From Hydrolagus affinis (taxonomy: Eukaryota), in contig JAAILG010001644.1 of NCBI GenBank assembly GCA_012026655.1, forward strand, positions 1 through 63,629: DNA of 63,629 nucleotides, written 5' to 3'. Under the pieces are notes generated by a model. That model did no database searches. It was given only the letters and a program-made list of their open reading frames with translations, and was not told where the DNA came from. The translations under genes were made by a program, and so were the position numbers. Of this stretch, positions 36,474 through 49,870 are shown piece by piece (the first letter of the stretch is position 1; every line of letters starts with the position of its first letter).

Positions 36474-37767
36474 CTGATGCCCAGAATTGTAGTTGTATTC
36501 ACAGCGCAGCAAAGAAAGCAGTTAATATAAACAGTACATTTCCGTGCAAAGTTCCCCATTGTTGTAGTTCATTCCAACAAAGAAAACATTACAAAGGGCG
36601 ATGCTTTGCCTCAACGCTTCTCTCTCTCACCAGCCCCCCCCACCCCACCTCCCACAACCGCCACCTTTCCAGGCTGCTTTTGGCCTTACTGTACAAAAAC
36701 AGTGCCAAACCACACAAGGGGATATAAGGGTCACGCACCAACTAAGAGAAGTAGGGGCTGAAAGCCTAAAACGTGCCATGCTTTTCCGTACATTGTCAGC
36801 TGCTTGATTGATAGTGTCGTTGATTTAGCATCGGACAATTGTCAGCTTTTCCTGACAGGAGTATAAAAAGAAATATGGAGTTCCCACCCTTCTCCACACC
36901 AAGTTCATTGAAATACATATTTCGGACAGAAACATGTTTACAGCATAATTAACTGAATTGAATCGCGTAACTTGAATTGCCCTCAAGGACGTTTCAAATT
37001 TTATTCTGGCCACCCATGAATTGTTCCATGGATCCTGCACTAAATACCACAGAATTTTTAATTCAGACCAAGCAATTGCTAAGGTTTGACATCAGATCAG
37101 TGACAGAGGCTGGCATGTTCTTCTCATCTCTCCCTGCACTAAAAGAGACTTTGCCCTCCAGTGAAGTTGGAAATTGGAATTACTGATAGGGGAAGAGTTA
37201 AAGGAGGTTCTTAAGTTCAGGGTTTGCTCCTCACAGACTGATGAAACAGCAATACGCTTATGGAATTGCTAACAATTGAATGCTATCCATTTTGCCTCCC
37301 CTGGTTTTATTTACAAAATATTCCCAATTTATATTTGTGGGACAGTTGGCTCCATTTTCTGGCTGCTAGCATTGGCCCACAAGCAGCTAAATCCAGCATT
37401 GAAATGTTTATTGATAGCTCAATTGGCAAAGTCACTGCTCAGAGTGGAGCTGGGCCATGTAGATCAGGTCCAATGTCCATCATTTTTACACCTGCAAACC
37501 CTCCAGTATTTTACTACAATCTCAACTGTTTCAACCAATTTCCTAGATCTCAAACACAGAACAAAATCTTCATACAGTAATTTGGTTGGCCACACAAACG
37601 GAAGAGCTTCATTCAGCTGGCTGACTTTCCTCCATTGTATTATAAATTGCTGGCATATAGTTTAATCAGCATAAATAGACAGATCATCCAGATGGAGAAC
37701 TGTAACCAAAACACTACAATTGTTGATTATATGGATCAGAAGCTCACTTTTCCAAGTACGTTATTTC

Positions 37768-38128
37768 AGCTTGGCTCAGTTAGTAGCACGATTGCTTCCA
37801 GGTCAGTAGGTTGCGGGTTCTTGCATTGAGATAGGACAACAGTTCACAATCTTGCTGACACTTCAGTGTAGTATTGAGGGAGCACTGGAACGTTAGATGT
37901 GTAGCGCTTTGGATGAGACCTAAATTTGTCTGTCTTTTCAGGCGTAAGGTCCCATGAAACTTTTCAAAAAAAAAGTTTACCTAGCAGTCCTAGCCAATAA
38001 TCCTCCAGAGAATATTCAATCCATTGCTACATACAAATCAACTGTTGTACTGTATTGCATTCAAACAGTCACTTCACTTGTGACTGTTCAATATGATAAG
38101 GTGTTATAAAAATGCAAGTTCTTTCTTC
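37768..38128 (+). mobile_element. DeuSINE-like SINE, near full length, with Deu domain
   Basis: Head ggctcagttagtagcac...ggttgcgggttc; Deu-like gctgacacttcagtgtagtattgagggagcactg...tttggatgagacc...gtcctagccaata; tail aaatgcaagttctttctt. Confidence 0.72.
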
Positions 38129-39333
38129 TATGAGATATAGACAGGCTGCTTATGATTAAACTGAAGGCAGTCAATCTCTACATTTTCCTAACTTCCCATG
38201 AATTAAGTTTTCATAACACTGGCTTGCATGACACCTCCACACCCTCAACTCATCCCACCATGACCCAAAATAGTAATGTGTTGGGGCCAGAAGACAAGGA
38301 AATTGCAACAAATACAGAGTTCCGCTGTAACTGGTTGCAAGTCATATCACCAGATCTGTCAAATACACCCTGTAAACAGATGAGCAGGATAGCATGCTGC
38401 AGAACACTTTCTACAACATTTTATGACATTTTGATAATAAACACAGCAAAGAGCAACATGAGAATATACCCGGAAGCTAAGGCAACTCCTCCCACACGCC
38501 CCAGCTCCTTCTTGTCTAGTTCAGCTACTTCAGCAAAAATCTCACTATACATTAATCACAGCATTACCCATATCATCCCCCACCCCAATTTTGAGTCCCA
38601 CCGCAAAATTCAGAGGTGTAAAGTGAGCATTAGGCACCCAATAGCCAATGTGTGTGTTTTTCTACTCAGAGCAGTTTGAGGCTCTTTGACATTCGAGCTT
38701 TGTTGCTTTGTTGGCCTGTTCTGTTTTATTTATGAATCTTTTTCTTTGCTTAAAAATCTAATACAGCAGAATGTGCAGTATATGTTCTGAGTGCACAGGA
38801 AGCAAAGGAATGAAGAAATGTTGGACCACTGCCATGTACTTTAAGGATGCAATATGATGGTAATAGGAGGTGATTATTGACGACTAGCAGACAGTTGATG
38901 GATGCTTTCCTGTGCAAATGACACTGCTGTTGTATATCAGGATTCATCATGTGGCATAAAAGTACAAAAAAAAATTGAGGATTTTCTCTCTTTCTTCAAG
39001 GAGGAAAATGATCTTTTAACCACTTCAGACCTGCTCTCTGCAGTTTTCTGTTATCGGCTGGGAGATGTGGTTTTTTGGTGGCCGGGACTAATAAGTCATC
39101 CTATTAAAATATCTGAGTTAATCTAGAGAGTTGTTTCTGTGTCTTTTTTTAAAGAATTGGAGTAACATTTTCAGTGACAACACTTGGCAGCTCCATCGAT
39201 GGTTTAGCTAGTAAAGGCTTTACCTAGTGTCAAACTGAGCCGCAAACAATTGTCAACGATTTGCACTCGTATATAAACCGTTTATGTCGGAAAACATCTC
39301 GAAGGGTTTCGGAGCCACAGAATGTGGTCTGAG

Positions 39334-39525
39334 CAACAACGACAACAAAAAGAACAACATTACATTTATAGAGCATCTTTCACGTCGGGGGGACATCCCA
39401 AGATGCAGGGTGCAAGATGAGGTCATGCCAGGCAGGAGGCAAGTGACGAAAGAGATCAGGTTTCTAAAAGGATTTTCAAAGCATAGAGGAACAATGCAAG
39501 ATGGAGAGATTTAGGGAGAGAGTTT
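39334..39525 (-). mobile_element. L2 3' end
   Basis: aacaacattacatttatagagcatctttcacgtcgggggacatcccaag...gatttagggagagagtttca. Confidence 0.72.
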
Positions 39526-39664
39526 CATACTTCTGGATAATATCACTAAGTGGAGCACGCATGTAAGGAATAGAAGATTCAGGAAACAACCCTGAGAAAC
39601 ACTTCATATGTCAATAAGGGGGAGAGAAGGGAAACTGGTGGAGGAGAGATTGAATACCTAGGTA

Positions 39665-39980
39665 CCAACCCCTCCACTCAGCAGGCTCCGGCAACCTCCA
39701 CATCCCCCGACCTACCCAACCCACCATTGTTGGGTGAGCCTTCAGCCACTCTGCCCCCAACCTCTAGACCTCCATCCCGCAGTCCCTCCACCTCGCCTCC
39801 TGCCTGGCCTTCTTCAAATCCCGCATCAAGACCCTCCTCTTCGACGGTCCCATCGGTCACCCCAATCCCTCCTCTTTCCCTCCACCCTCCCAAGTCCCAG
39901 ACCTCGGCTCGAGTGTGAAACAATGACTGTCCAGTGCTTTGGAACATCCTCCTGACATGAAAGGCGCCGTACAAGTGGAT
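39665..39980 (+). mobile_element. L2 3' portion
   Basis: ccaccattgttgggtgagccttcagccac...tcaagaccctcctcttcgac...gactgtccagtgctttggaacatcctcctgacatgaaaggcgccgtacaa. Confidence 0.82.
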
Positions 39981-40734
39981 AAGAGTGTTTGTGACAACCT
40001 CACAAAAGTGACTGGCCACTTAGGTGTGATGTGTGATAGCAGCTGGTGCCTTTGGAAGCAAAGCCAATCACCAGGAGAAAGGTTCTCCACCTCCGCAAGC
40101 ATAGCTTTGCCAAAACACTATCATGTGCAGCACGTCCCTAACATAAATCTAGCAGAATCTATTCTCATCGGATGCTTTTTGACATATTGTAACATCGTAA
40201 TGCTTTTGGTAAAGATTTAGTAATTGTGACATCCACTAAGCAACACCTCATCTGAAACTATTTTACTCCTTGTGATATGCCCCCTAGTTTGTAACCCCCT
40301 GAGTGAATATTTCTCCTCGATTTATGGCAGAATAGATTTGCATGACAAGTCCATTGTCATAAGAGCACCTTGCAAGCCACTTCAACAGGCCTGTAAAGAG
40401 AGCTCCGGGCAATGATGTAATCAGTGACTAATGTCTACAACTCTTCACGCTGAAGCTGTTGCCACATCTGTTCCAGCAAAAGCCCATTTCAACTGCATAC
40501 ATGGAAGACCTTCAACCCAGTTTTCACAAACGCTGAACCTGCCTCAAAACCTCCCAGTAGAGATTGACATTCCTTTAACTTTCAATATTTCACAGCAATG
40601 ATATGAATACAATAGAAGTGCTTGGTGTAATGTGGATATGTTTGGTGATGTCACGGAAACAAAGTCTCTGAATCATTCAACCCTTTTAAAAAATAAATCA
40701 ATTTTTTCTATTATTTTCAACCAACTGTGGGCAG

Positions 40735-40910
40735 CGTTATAACGCACCCAATCCTGTTCTCACCTGACAGCCACACACTCATGCTTTCCAATAGGTAGTA
40801 ACTAGATGGTGATTAGAAACAGAAACCCTGGCTGATTGTGGTTTCCTGTATAGTTTATTGGTGCAGAAGAGAGTTACAGTCATAATTGCTGGCCTAATTG
40901 AGATGCTGAG
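40735..40910 (-). mobile_element. SINE family B fragment
   Basis: cccaatcctgttctcacctgacagccacac...gctttcca...agaaaccctggctgatt. Confidence 0.55.
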
Positions 40911-43900
40911 GCATAGGGGGAAATGTTCATGGCAAGATTTGCTGAAAAGAGTGCAGTGGATGGATCGAACATCTTTTCCTCATTCCACTCTTCCCCTGTG
41001 TTATTAAATCTCTGTCTCTTTAAATCACACCCTGCATCAAACTGTTTTCATTCCAGAAGTCTGTCCTGTTTATTTGACCCCAATTGTGCTTTCCAATAAA
41101 ATGCAACATAATTAATGCAGGGATTAATTATTTCCGCAAAAATTATTTCCGGAGGCAACTAAGAGTTAATGTTTAAGAGACTGTTATAAATTCTTTGACA
41201 AATAAACAATTGGACAGCGTGAAAGCTAATCACTCTATTTCAATGCATTTTGGAAAAAAATATGAGGTGAAAAAAAAACCCAAATGTATTTCAAGTAAAG
41301 CAGACTCTTGGAAAGAAAAAGTGTGACCCAACACACACCAGGTACAGCCTGTCACAGAAGCCTGTAGTCCCTTACAGCGCAACGTCTATGAAGTAACTAA
41401 ATGCAATCCAGCAAGAATTCAGCCTCCTGCATTCTGTCAGACCCTGACATTTAGCCAGAATCCTCCAACAAAGGAAGTAATCCAAAAGATTGGGGAATTC
41501 ATCAGTCAAATCCCATAAGTGTCTGTATCTGATACACTAACAATCTCTTCACCTCGGCATTTCAGGAAAATATTTAGTCTACTGGATCGACACATCTACA
41601 GATGAAGGGTTCGTGTCAATTGCTGGAACACTGTGCTGCACATTCTGCAATGTATCTGCCCTCTGTTCACCCATATGCCATGTAAGGATTGACTCAGAAC
41701 TACTCAATGAAGGGATAAGAGATTGTAAATGGGGCTTAAGGTGAAAGATTACCACCACAGACAGGAAATTTATTTTGTATTCGTCTGATGTTCCACAAAG
41801 TTCTTGCTGTCAGATTCAACTTCATGTGTTACGATCTCTTGTCTCTCTCTTACCATTTTTTATTTCCCCTTTAAGTCAGGCTGTTGCTCTCTCTTCCCCC
41901 GTTATCTTGATATTTTCCTCCCAATCTCTTGCTGTATAATATCTTCAAGGCCATTCTTCTTTATCCCAGTAATTATTCCCATTCATCATTATGCACTGTA
42001 CATGTGTAGGTCACCTGTTTAAGCTCTTAACTTTTGGTTATGTTTAAAATGCATGTATAAGCGTGACTTAATCAATCTACTGTCTTTGGATCCAAAGATC
42101 ATCTGGAGTACTCATTTAGGGGGTTCACACCGACACTTGGGGTACTCTGAATCAATGAGGCTCAATCCCCCCTTGACACATAGTGTAGTTACCTGATCAA
42201 CCTCAATAGGAGACTTTTCTAATTTTGATGGTCGATACAGGATTGTCAAAATTCAGCACCTCTTCTAAATAAAAATGTATTGAAACACTGAGATTAGTTT
42301 AGTGCTTAAATTCATAATATTATCCATAATATTTTTTAATTATGCAGGAGATGGAGGGGGTGGGTACGTTTAAGGGATTGAAATCTTACAGTAAATCCAT
42401 GAATAGATGTACCAAGTCCAGTCATATGCAACCAGAAATGAGCCATTTAGCCCCATCGCGTCTCAAAATATTGATCTCCTAAATAAACATTTCAGATTTA
42501 TAAAAATAAAAGAAGTTCTGACCTTTTTCGCCAACCCAAAGTTTGCAACAACTACAATGCATAAAAAGGGAACCATGATTGTTGCTTTCAGTGACCATTC
42601 TCTCAGGGAAAAACAGACATGACATTATCTAATGTCTGCACCATTTGCCTATTATGTCTATTATGTCTGCACCATTTGCTGCAAGTGTTGAAGAAACTTT
42701 GACTGTTCAATCAAATACCGTGTTAAAATATCTGGTAACCAAGATGTTAGCCTACATGAAAGGATGCTATATGTTTAAGTTGTTGCTGTTGTATCCGCAG
42801 TGCTCCTCTTTAGCAAATATCTCCCCAATGCAGAAACTATTTTCCTCTTTTTAGGGATTACACATTTGAAGACATGGTTCCTACATATCTCAACAAACAC
42901 AAGGTGGGGGTAGAATAAGCGATATGTTGCTGAAATGCATTGTGAATTTCAAACAAACAGGGAAACTGAATTGCCTACTCCACCATCGTCTACAGAGATC
43001 CTTGTAATCCTCCGGGGCTCTCAGAACAACAACCAAATAAACAGAATCCAGATGGAAAAAGACAAAAGATGTACAGGCAAACACCACTCACTGCAAATGC
43101 CAGCTTCAAAAGTTTATTTTTGTTTATCCTTTGCTACCCTGAACATCTTCTAATTTCAATAAAACTAACCCTTTATTTGGAAAACAAAAGTGTTTTTCAG
43201 TTGAAAAGGCTGTCAAACTAACATAAATATATGCAATGTTTCCACCACCATATCTGCAATGCTTCTGTGCAAGTCAGTGGAAACTGTTCACACATTTTGA
43301 AGATCATGGTAAGAAAAGACAATTTCCTATTTTATACACACATTTTTGTCCTTCATCTCAGCATTCTCTAATCAGATCAATGACTTCGAAGTCCAAAGCT
43401 CCACCACTGACCATTCTATGCCTATTTGATATGAAATATGCAAAGGCAGCCAGTCTGACCAACACCCCATCCCCCCACCCCAGCACCAATCGAGGATAGA
43501 TATCATCTCAGAGGATATCCAACTAGTTGTTCCAACCATTTTGTCCCTTCATTGCAAACTTTATAAGCAGAAGCTTCCTAACTGTATAAACACTGAAACA
43601 GGATGACCAGAAAGTCATGCTATCTACACTATTATCTAATATAAATATACTGTATATATATAGACATTGTAATGGCATCACAACTTTTAGTCACCCTGTA
43701 GATTGTTCACTTTTTTTGTTTGTTGTCCAACATAAAGGACCAGTCATTATTATGGGCAGTGTCTGTTTTTTCCATTGCTGATCTCTTGTGTGCATCTTAC
43801 AGCTTGGAACACTCTTGGGCATATACAACACACAAAAATGCACACGGAACAATACAAGCGTGTGTCTTAGCCCTATTTAGAAGTTTGGACAATACAAAAA

Positions 43901-44619
43901 TACACATTTTTTGTAAGGAGGAAGCTAGGCAAACCTCTTTCCTGCAAACTTAAGGATCTCCTCGCAGACTCCCTCCCATTTTAGAATGGCTTGACAATAA
44001 GCCCTGGAACCTGACCAGTTGCTGGGCGCAGTTCATAAACGGAAGAAGGGGTCTAAGTCTACTGCTGTGACAGGCATGCTGCTCGCTGGCCTGCATCCTC
44101 TGATAGTGTATTTTTTTTAGTTAGCTGTCCGGAAGCTCTGCACTGCTCAATTTGTTTTTGATCCTGTGAAGACCTTCCTGAGGCTGATGACAACATGGCT
44201 TCCATGCTGCAGATTGTTGTGAAGGGGGAGGACAGAAGAAGAAATCCTCACTTGGAAAACATACTGCACAGTTTGATGATTCGAACATTGTTCTTTGGGA
44301 CGTACATTGCTTTTATAAAAGGATTAGCCTAGAAGTCTGTTTTTGTTAATAAAGTTAACACATTGAGTGCAAGGCCAAGTAATTTGGCTTTTTGCCATGT
44401 TGTAAATTTGAAGTGGAATAAAGCTGCTAAGATTCAATCTCAAATCTCTTCCAGGGTATTCTGGATTTCTTGGATCAAATTAAAGCAAATTAAAACGTCC
44501 ATTAAACAAGGATTTGTTAACCTGCAGATTACACCAGAAAAATTCTGTATAATAATTGCCCAAGGAAAAATGGAAAGTATCTAACACATCACATCATCTA
44601 AAATCCATTGTCCTAAGAT

Positions 44620-44825
44620 CATAAACATAAGAATTTCCAAGTTTCGTCTAGTTCGCCTTCCACCATCCTGGCAATCGCTTGGCATGTTGTGTCCCAAACT
44701 ATACACTGTAACTTGAGATATTATTTTCCAACAGAAATCTGTCTAATTTGTTCTCGAAACAGATTACATTTTCTGCTTGCACTGTCTCCTTAGGGAGCCT
44801 GTTCCATACGTTTGCTACTCGTCAA
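44620..44825 (-). mobile_element. Old CR1-like 3' end
   Basis: aacataaga tail; aatctgtctaatttgttctcgaa...ctgcttgcactgtctccttagggagcctgttcca. Confidence 0.5.
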
Positions 44826-44894
44826 TCAACAAAGAATAATTAATGATGTGTTTTCTCCCACCCACCCAGGTATCTGCACATTGCAGTAAAGCTA

Positions 44895-45200
44895 ATATCT
44901 ACCTGCCTTTGGTACCTAAGTGACCATTCTTCAAGGGTATGTCTAGACAGTCAATGTTGCCAGTGCATTGGTGTAATGGGAGGCATTGAGCCATGCCCAA
45001 TCCTATCCTTCTCCAACAGCCAAACAAGCAGCATGTTTTGCTCTGTAGGGAGTAGGAACACTGGTAGATATTTCCCCGTCCCTAACCTAGAGCAGCTGAG
45101 GTCTACTGCAACAACCCCCACTGTGATCTGCTAACTCAGCATGGTCAAGGGATCAAGCTATGGCTTTCTTTCCCCAGTGCAATGTGATCCATTTATCCAC
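44895..45200 (-). mobile_element. SINE family B copy
   Basis: ggtacctaagtgaccattcttca...tctagacagt...cccaatcctatcct...gatctgctaactcagca. Confidence 0.6.
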
Positions 45201-47699
45201 CAATGCATAGGTATTAACGTTTTGTTTTAAACAAATTAAATCACAGTGGGAAAGATTCCCTGCTCGGATAAGTAATTAAATCAGATACATGATCATATTA
45301 TCAATGTTGTTCTGTACTAAGCAATATTAATTCAACATGGAACTGATACAGTGTATAGTACAATGAAAATAATTATACACACAGTACAACCTGCTTGATC
45401 CAGGTAGTTAAGAAACCTAGGCAGTTTCAATAAGTAGTTCACAAATAAACTTGTACATATAATACTTTAAATTACTTAAGTGTGGCTTTCCATTTATCTG
45501 GGTCAGCACTGCATTTACCAAGCACTGAAAACAAGCCATGCTGAAGATTTCAAGAAGTTATGAATAGATTAAGCAGCTACTATGGAAAGAATTTCAAACA
45601 GCAGCAAAAATTAATCAACATAGATTTCCAAACAGAAACATGTCTAATCAATCTGAGCCCTGAAATTCCTTTGGTCTGACACTTTTTCGCCGCTCTTCGA
45701 AAGAAACCAGCCTCCAGATTCATAACAAATCGAAGAATTTCCTAAAATTTTGCACATTCTTAAATTTTAATGCAACCGTATTAAGGAAAGGAACATAAGC
45801 ATTTTGAGACTCCAGTTGCCTGAAGAATATCTGAAGAATATAAATACTTTGGATGAATACTTAGAAGTGACTGTGAACGGGCAAATTGCAGGCTAATGGA
45901 TTTCAACTGAACAGACTCTGGGCCTTTAATAGGTGGACATTTTGCCAATTTAAGAATTGTGATTTTCCCACAATTTCTGTTGCCAGTTTTGAACCACATC
46001 TCCACCTCCTAACCCCGCTCCCTCGGGGACCAGCCTCTGCCTTGGTTCCCTAATGTGACTGACCAGCTGGTCTCTGTGCTTCGACACCAGGCATATGGAG
46101 ACAGGGAGGCCTGGTGGCAAAGCACAAGCTTGACTGAGTAATCAATTATATGTAACAGCCATCTACCTCACGGCAACCCACCATCTCCACATAATATTTC
46201 AGCAGCTTGCCGTGGTAGTGCATTCCACTCAGGGAAAGCACACACCTGATTCCTGGCTTTTACAACAAAAAAAATCCATATTTATTAGGCCCCAAGTTTT
46301 AACCCAGCCTTGCGTTGCCATGGATACGCCCAGCACTGTCTGTTTAACCTTATTAACCCTTGCCAGCATTTGACATTTCGACAACCTCCATTACCCTCTA
46401 ATATTGAACAGTATGCTTGAAATAAAAATAATGGCCTCCTCTTTTTTTTTGTCCCAGATGGTAATCTTTGTGGTCAATCTGGGAGCCTCTGATCTGTCCC
46501 CCCAAAATCAATAAGCTTTCATTGGAGGTGGGATAAAAGTGGGACCTGACAACCTTCAGCACCGTTTAATCAGGAAGGTCTGTGTGATGGACTGAAGCAT
46601 TTGTCACACTACTGCTCACAGAGTTGAGACAAATGTCTTTTTACAAGCCAGGAGCAGAGCAGGTATAACCCATCCAGCCACTGCTCCCCATCCAAACTGT
46701 CTGAGGATCTAATATTTCATTAATTTAATTCCAGATCAAGAATATAAGCATGTGGGGAAGAAAGGAAGAGATGGTTCGGTGAGGTGGGGATGGGGGGGTG
46801 GGGTACTGGGGTTAACATTTACAACTAATATTAAGAGTTTTTTTTGACATTGAATTAATATAAGAAGCATGGTTTTAAGGGCTGAAGGTCTCCATGGTCA
46901 ATTGGAAAGGAATAATCAATTAATAGCTGAAGGTTGGAGTAACTCAACCGTATGATTCCTGGTGCTGTCATCTTCAATTGCCTCTTTCTATTGTGCGGCA
47001 GAAGAGACCAACAGAATTTGCCAAAAAAAAATCAGAAGCCTTTCGGTCAAAATATCCCCTGAACTGATTTGCATATTTATTAAGAAATATTGTAATCATT
47101 TTAACGCTGGAAATTGTTTCAATAAAACAGAACGCAGATTGCATTTTAAAACAGCAAATGCAAATATTTTTTAATTTCTTTCGGATTTATTAAGCCAATT
47201 TGCCTGGCCGCGCTGTACAATTTTTGCCTGAATATACATAGATTATTAAAATATCTGAGAATGGAAACTAAATTAAACTTTTTTTTCCAACAGAGAACTT
47301 TAATTATCAGGAAAACATGCAAATTTGTCATCGCAAAATCACTTATTTTTAAAAGACTTTAATATCATAAATAAAATGTTCTGTATTAAACCTAAATAAC
47401 ACTGCCTGTGAAACTGCCAAGCTGCAAATTAGCTGGAAATTACTGACCTAGGCTAAATATTCTAAATTATTGAACCAGGGATGGTGTTTTGTCCATTTTG
47501 GTTTGTTTATCATGATTTCATCCCTTCCTCTCCTCAAAGTAATGACTTGTGCTGGTTTCCACCACTATTAACTCATGCCCTTCTTCTGCTGTGAGACTAG
47601 AAAGCGGAATGCAGGTTGCATTTTAAAACAGCAAATTTTTTCAGCAGTCTATTCAACTCTAGATGTAGAGGAGACATTACATCTGAGCACCATACTGTC

Positions 47700-47903
47700 C
47701 TCACTCAACGGCCAACTATCAAAAGAGGACACTACATGCAGATCAGGAACTGAAATACTGTTGATAACCCTTCCAATGATCAAAGCAGGTTAGACCAACT
47801 CTACTGCCTAGACTCCAAACAAGATTAAACTAAGGTGTGAAGCTGAGATCTTCCTGGAATCTATGGTTCAGTACCAATCCAGTTCCCCATTAAGCCACTG
47901 GGA
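47700..47903 (-). mobile_element. SINE family B fragment
   Basis: ctgtcctcactcaacg...gatcaggaac...cttcctggaatctatggttcagtacca. Confidence 0.45.
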
Positions 47904-48898
47904 AAGTCAAGATCTTCAACGATAACTGAAGAGAAATTAAACAAATGCCTTTGTATTCTGAGGTTGAATTTCCAAACCAAGGTTGAAAAAGTTTCCTATA
48001 TGCTCATGGGGGACTTGTCACAGTAGTAGTTCCCTGTGAAAGTGTCAGTTCTCCTTTGTTTTTCAACCAATCTTTGTGCACTTACAACTATTTAAAGTAA
48101 AAGGAAGCTCTAGGGGAAAGTACCATAAATGGTAAGCAATTATCCCTAGAAGTGTCCCAGTTTTGTGTATGTGTTTTTAGAAGGAAAACTTATTTGCTAA
48201 TATTCTTTTGCTCTTTGGAAGCACAGTTCACCATTGTTCCTTGAACGGATTCTGAAAAATAACTTCAGTAACTATTTTCTTAACAAAAAAGCAAACTGAA
48301 ACCCCAAAAGTCTAAATGGTTTAGTGAGCAGCCTGTCATGCACTGCAGGGGGATTGTTGTAAGGATCAGATTATTTAAAAGGATTTTTACAGCAACGGCC
48401 TCACCTCCCCATTCTCCTTCCAAAGATCACTTAATCAATTTAAATTTCATTTTGGGTCAATTTCAAAAACTATTCATTCAAATAAACAGTGAATAGAAAC
48501 ATTGGCAATGGTACTGAAGGAATACCATCTCAGTAACATCTTTTCCTTCTTTATTTTGAAAAGGTTTAGTTATGTGATCTTCACATAGGAGATTGTGGAA
48601 GGAAAAGAGCATTTTTCACCTCCCTTTTGTGAATTCAGAAGATTTACTATAAAGTGCAGTGACTGTGTATTTGTAGGGGAATGCAGAAACCATCTGATTT
48701 AGGCTTAACTGAGGAAAGTCCACAGGTTAAAAGCCCTGGCTTTTACCATTGATTCCTATATACTCCTTCAATGGTGGAGCGGCAATCTGCGCTATGTGCA
48801 AGTGCATCAACGCAAGAGTATATGATTTATTGCACAAGTTATAAATTCACAATTGTGACCCTCTTTCAAATAACACCCTTCAGTGGAGGAAGGGGTGA

Positions 48899-49870
48899 AG
48901 AATCATAGAATCATAGAATGTTATGGGCCAAAAGGAGGCCATTCAGCCCATCTAGTCTGTGCTGGCTCTTTGAAAAGAGCAACTCAATCCCACCGCCCCA
49001 TTCTCTCCCCATAATCTGACAGACCTGTTCTCCCTAAATAAAGATCTAATTCTCTTTTAAAAGCTGTTATCGAATCGGCCTCCACCACCTTTTCAGGCAA
49101 TGCATTCCAGATTCGAACAACTCGCTGAGTGAAAAAAATTCTCCTCAGCTCCCCTCTGCTTCGTTTTCAAACTATTTTAAATGTGTGACCACGAGTCACA
49201 GATTTGCCCACCAGTGGAAACAGTTTTTCCTTATTCACCCTGTCAAATCCCCTCATGATTTTATAAACCTCTATTAGGTCTCCTCTCAACCTTCTCAGTT
49301 CTAAAGAGAATAAACCTAGCCTATCTAGCCTTTCCCCATAACTGAAGTCCCTCAATCCTGGTACCATTCTAGTAAACCTTCTTTGCACCCTTTCCAATGC
49401 CTTAACATCCTTTCTATAGTGTGGGACCAGAATTGGACATAGTACTCCAGCTGAGGCTTAACCAAAGTTTTATAGAGGTTAGTCAGCACTTCCTGACTTT
49501 TGTACTCTATACTCCTATTTATAAAGCCGAGTATCCCATATACCTTCTTAATGGCTTTGTCTACCTGTCGTGCCACCTTCAAAGAGTCACTAACACAAAT
49601 CTCCAGGTCTCTCTGTTCCCTCACACCCCTTAAAATTGTACCATAAAGCGTATATTGCCTCCCCTCATTTCTTCTCCCAAAATGTATCACCTCACACTTC
49701 TCTGCATTAAACTTCATCTGCCATGTGTCTGCCCACTTTACCATTTTATCTATATCTTCTTGCAGATGGTTACTATCCTCCTCACTATTTACTCTTCTCC
49801 CTAATTTAGTATAATCTGCAAACTTGGAAACTGTGCTCCCTACACCCAAATCCAGATTGTTAATATATAT
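48899..49870 (-). mobile_element. CR1 LINE 3' ~1 kb (RT catalytic region to tail), frameshifted
   Basis: SKFADYTKLG (FADD motif mutated)...LQEDIDKMVKWADTWQMKFNAEKCEVIHFG...LYKTLVKPQLEYYVQFWS; ERVQRRFTRMVPGLRDFSYGERLDRLGLFSLELRRLRGDLIEVYKIM; (ATTCTATG)n tail. Confidence 0.95.

Noticed and set aside
42632-42679. 17-bp direct repeat atgtctgcaccatttgc
   Set aside because: Ordinary local slippage duplication with only two units; not an array or CRISPR.
24821-48840. Exact 16-mer atttattgcacaagtt at two sites 24 kb apart
   Set aside because: An AT-rich 16-mer match is plausible by chance in 64 kb.
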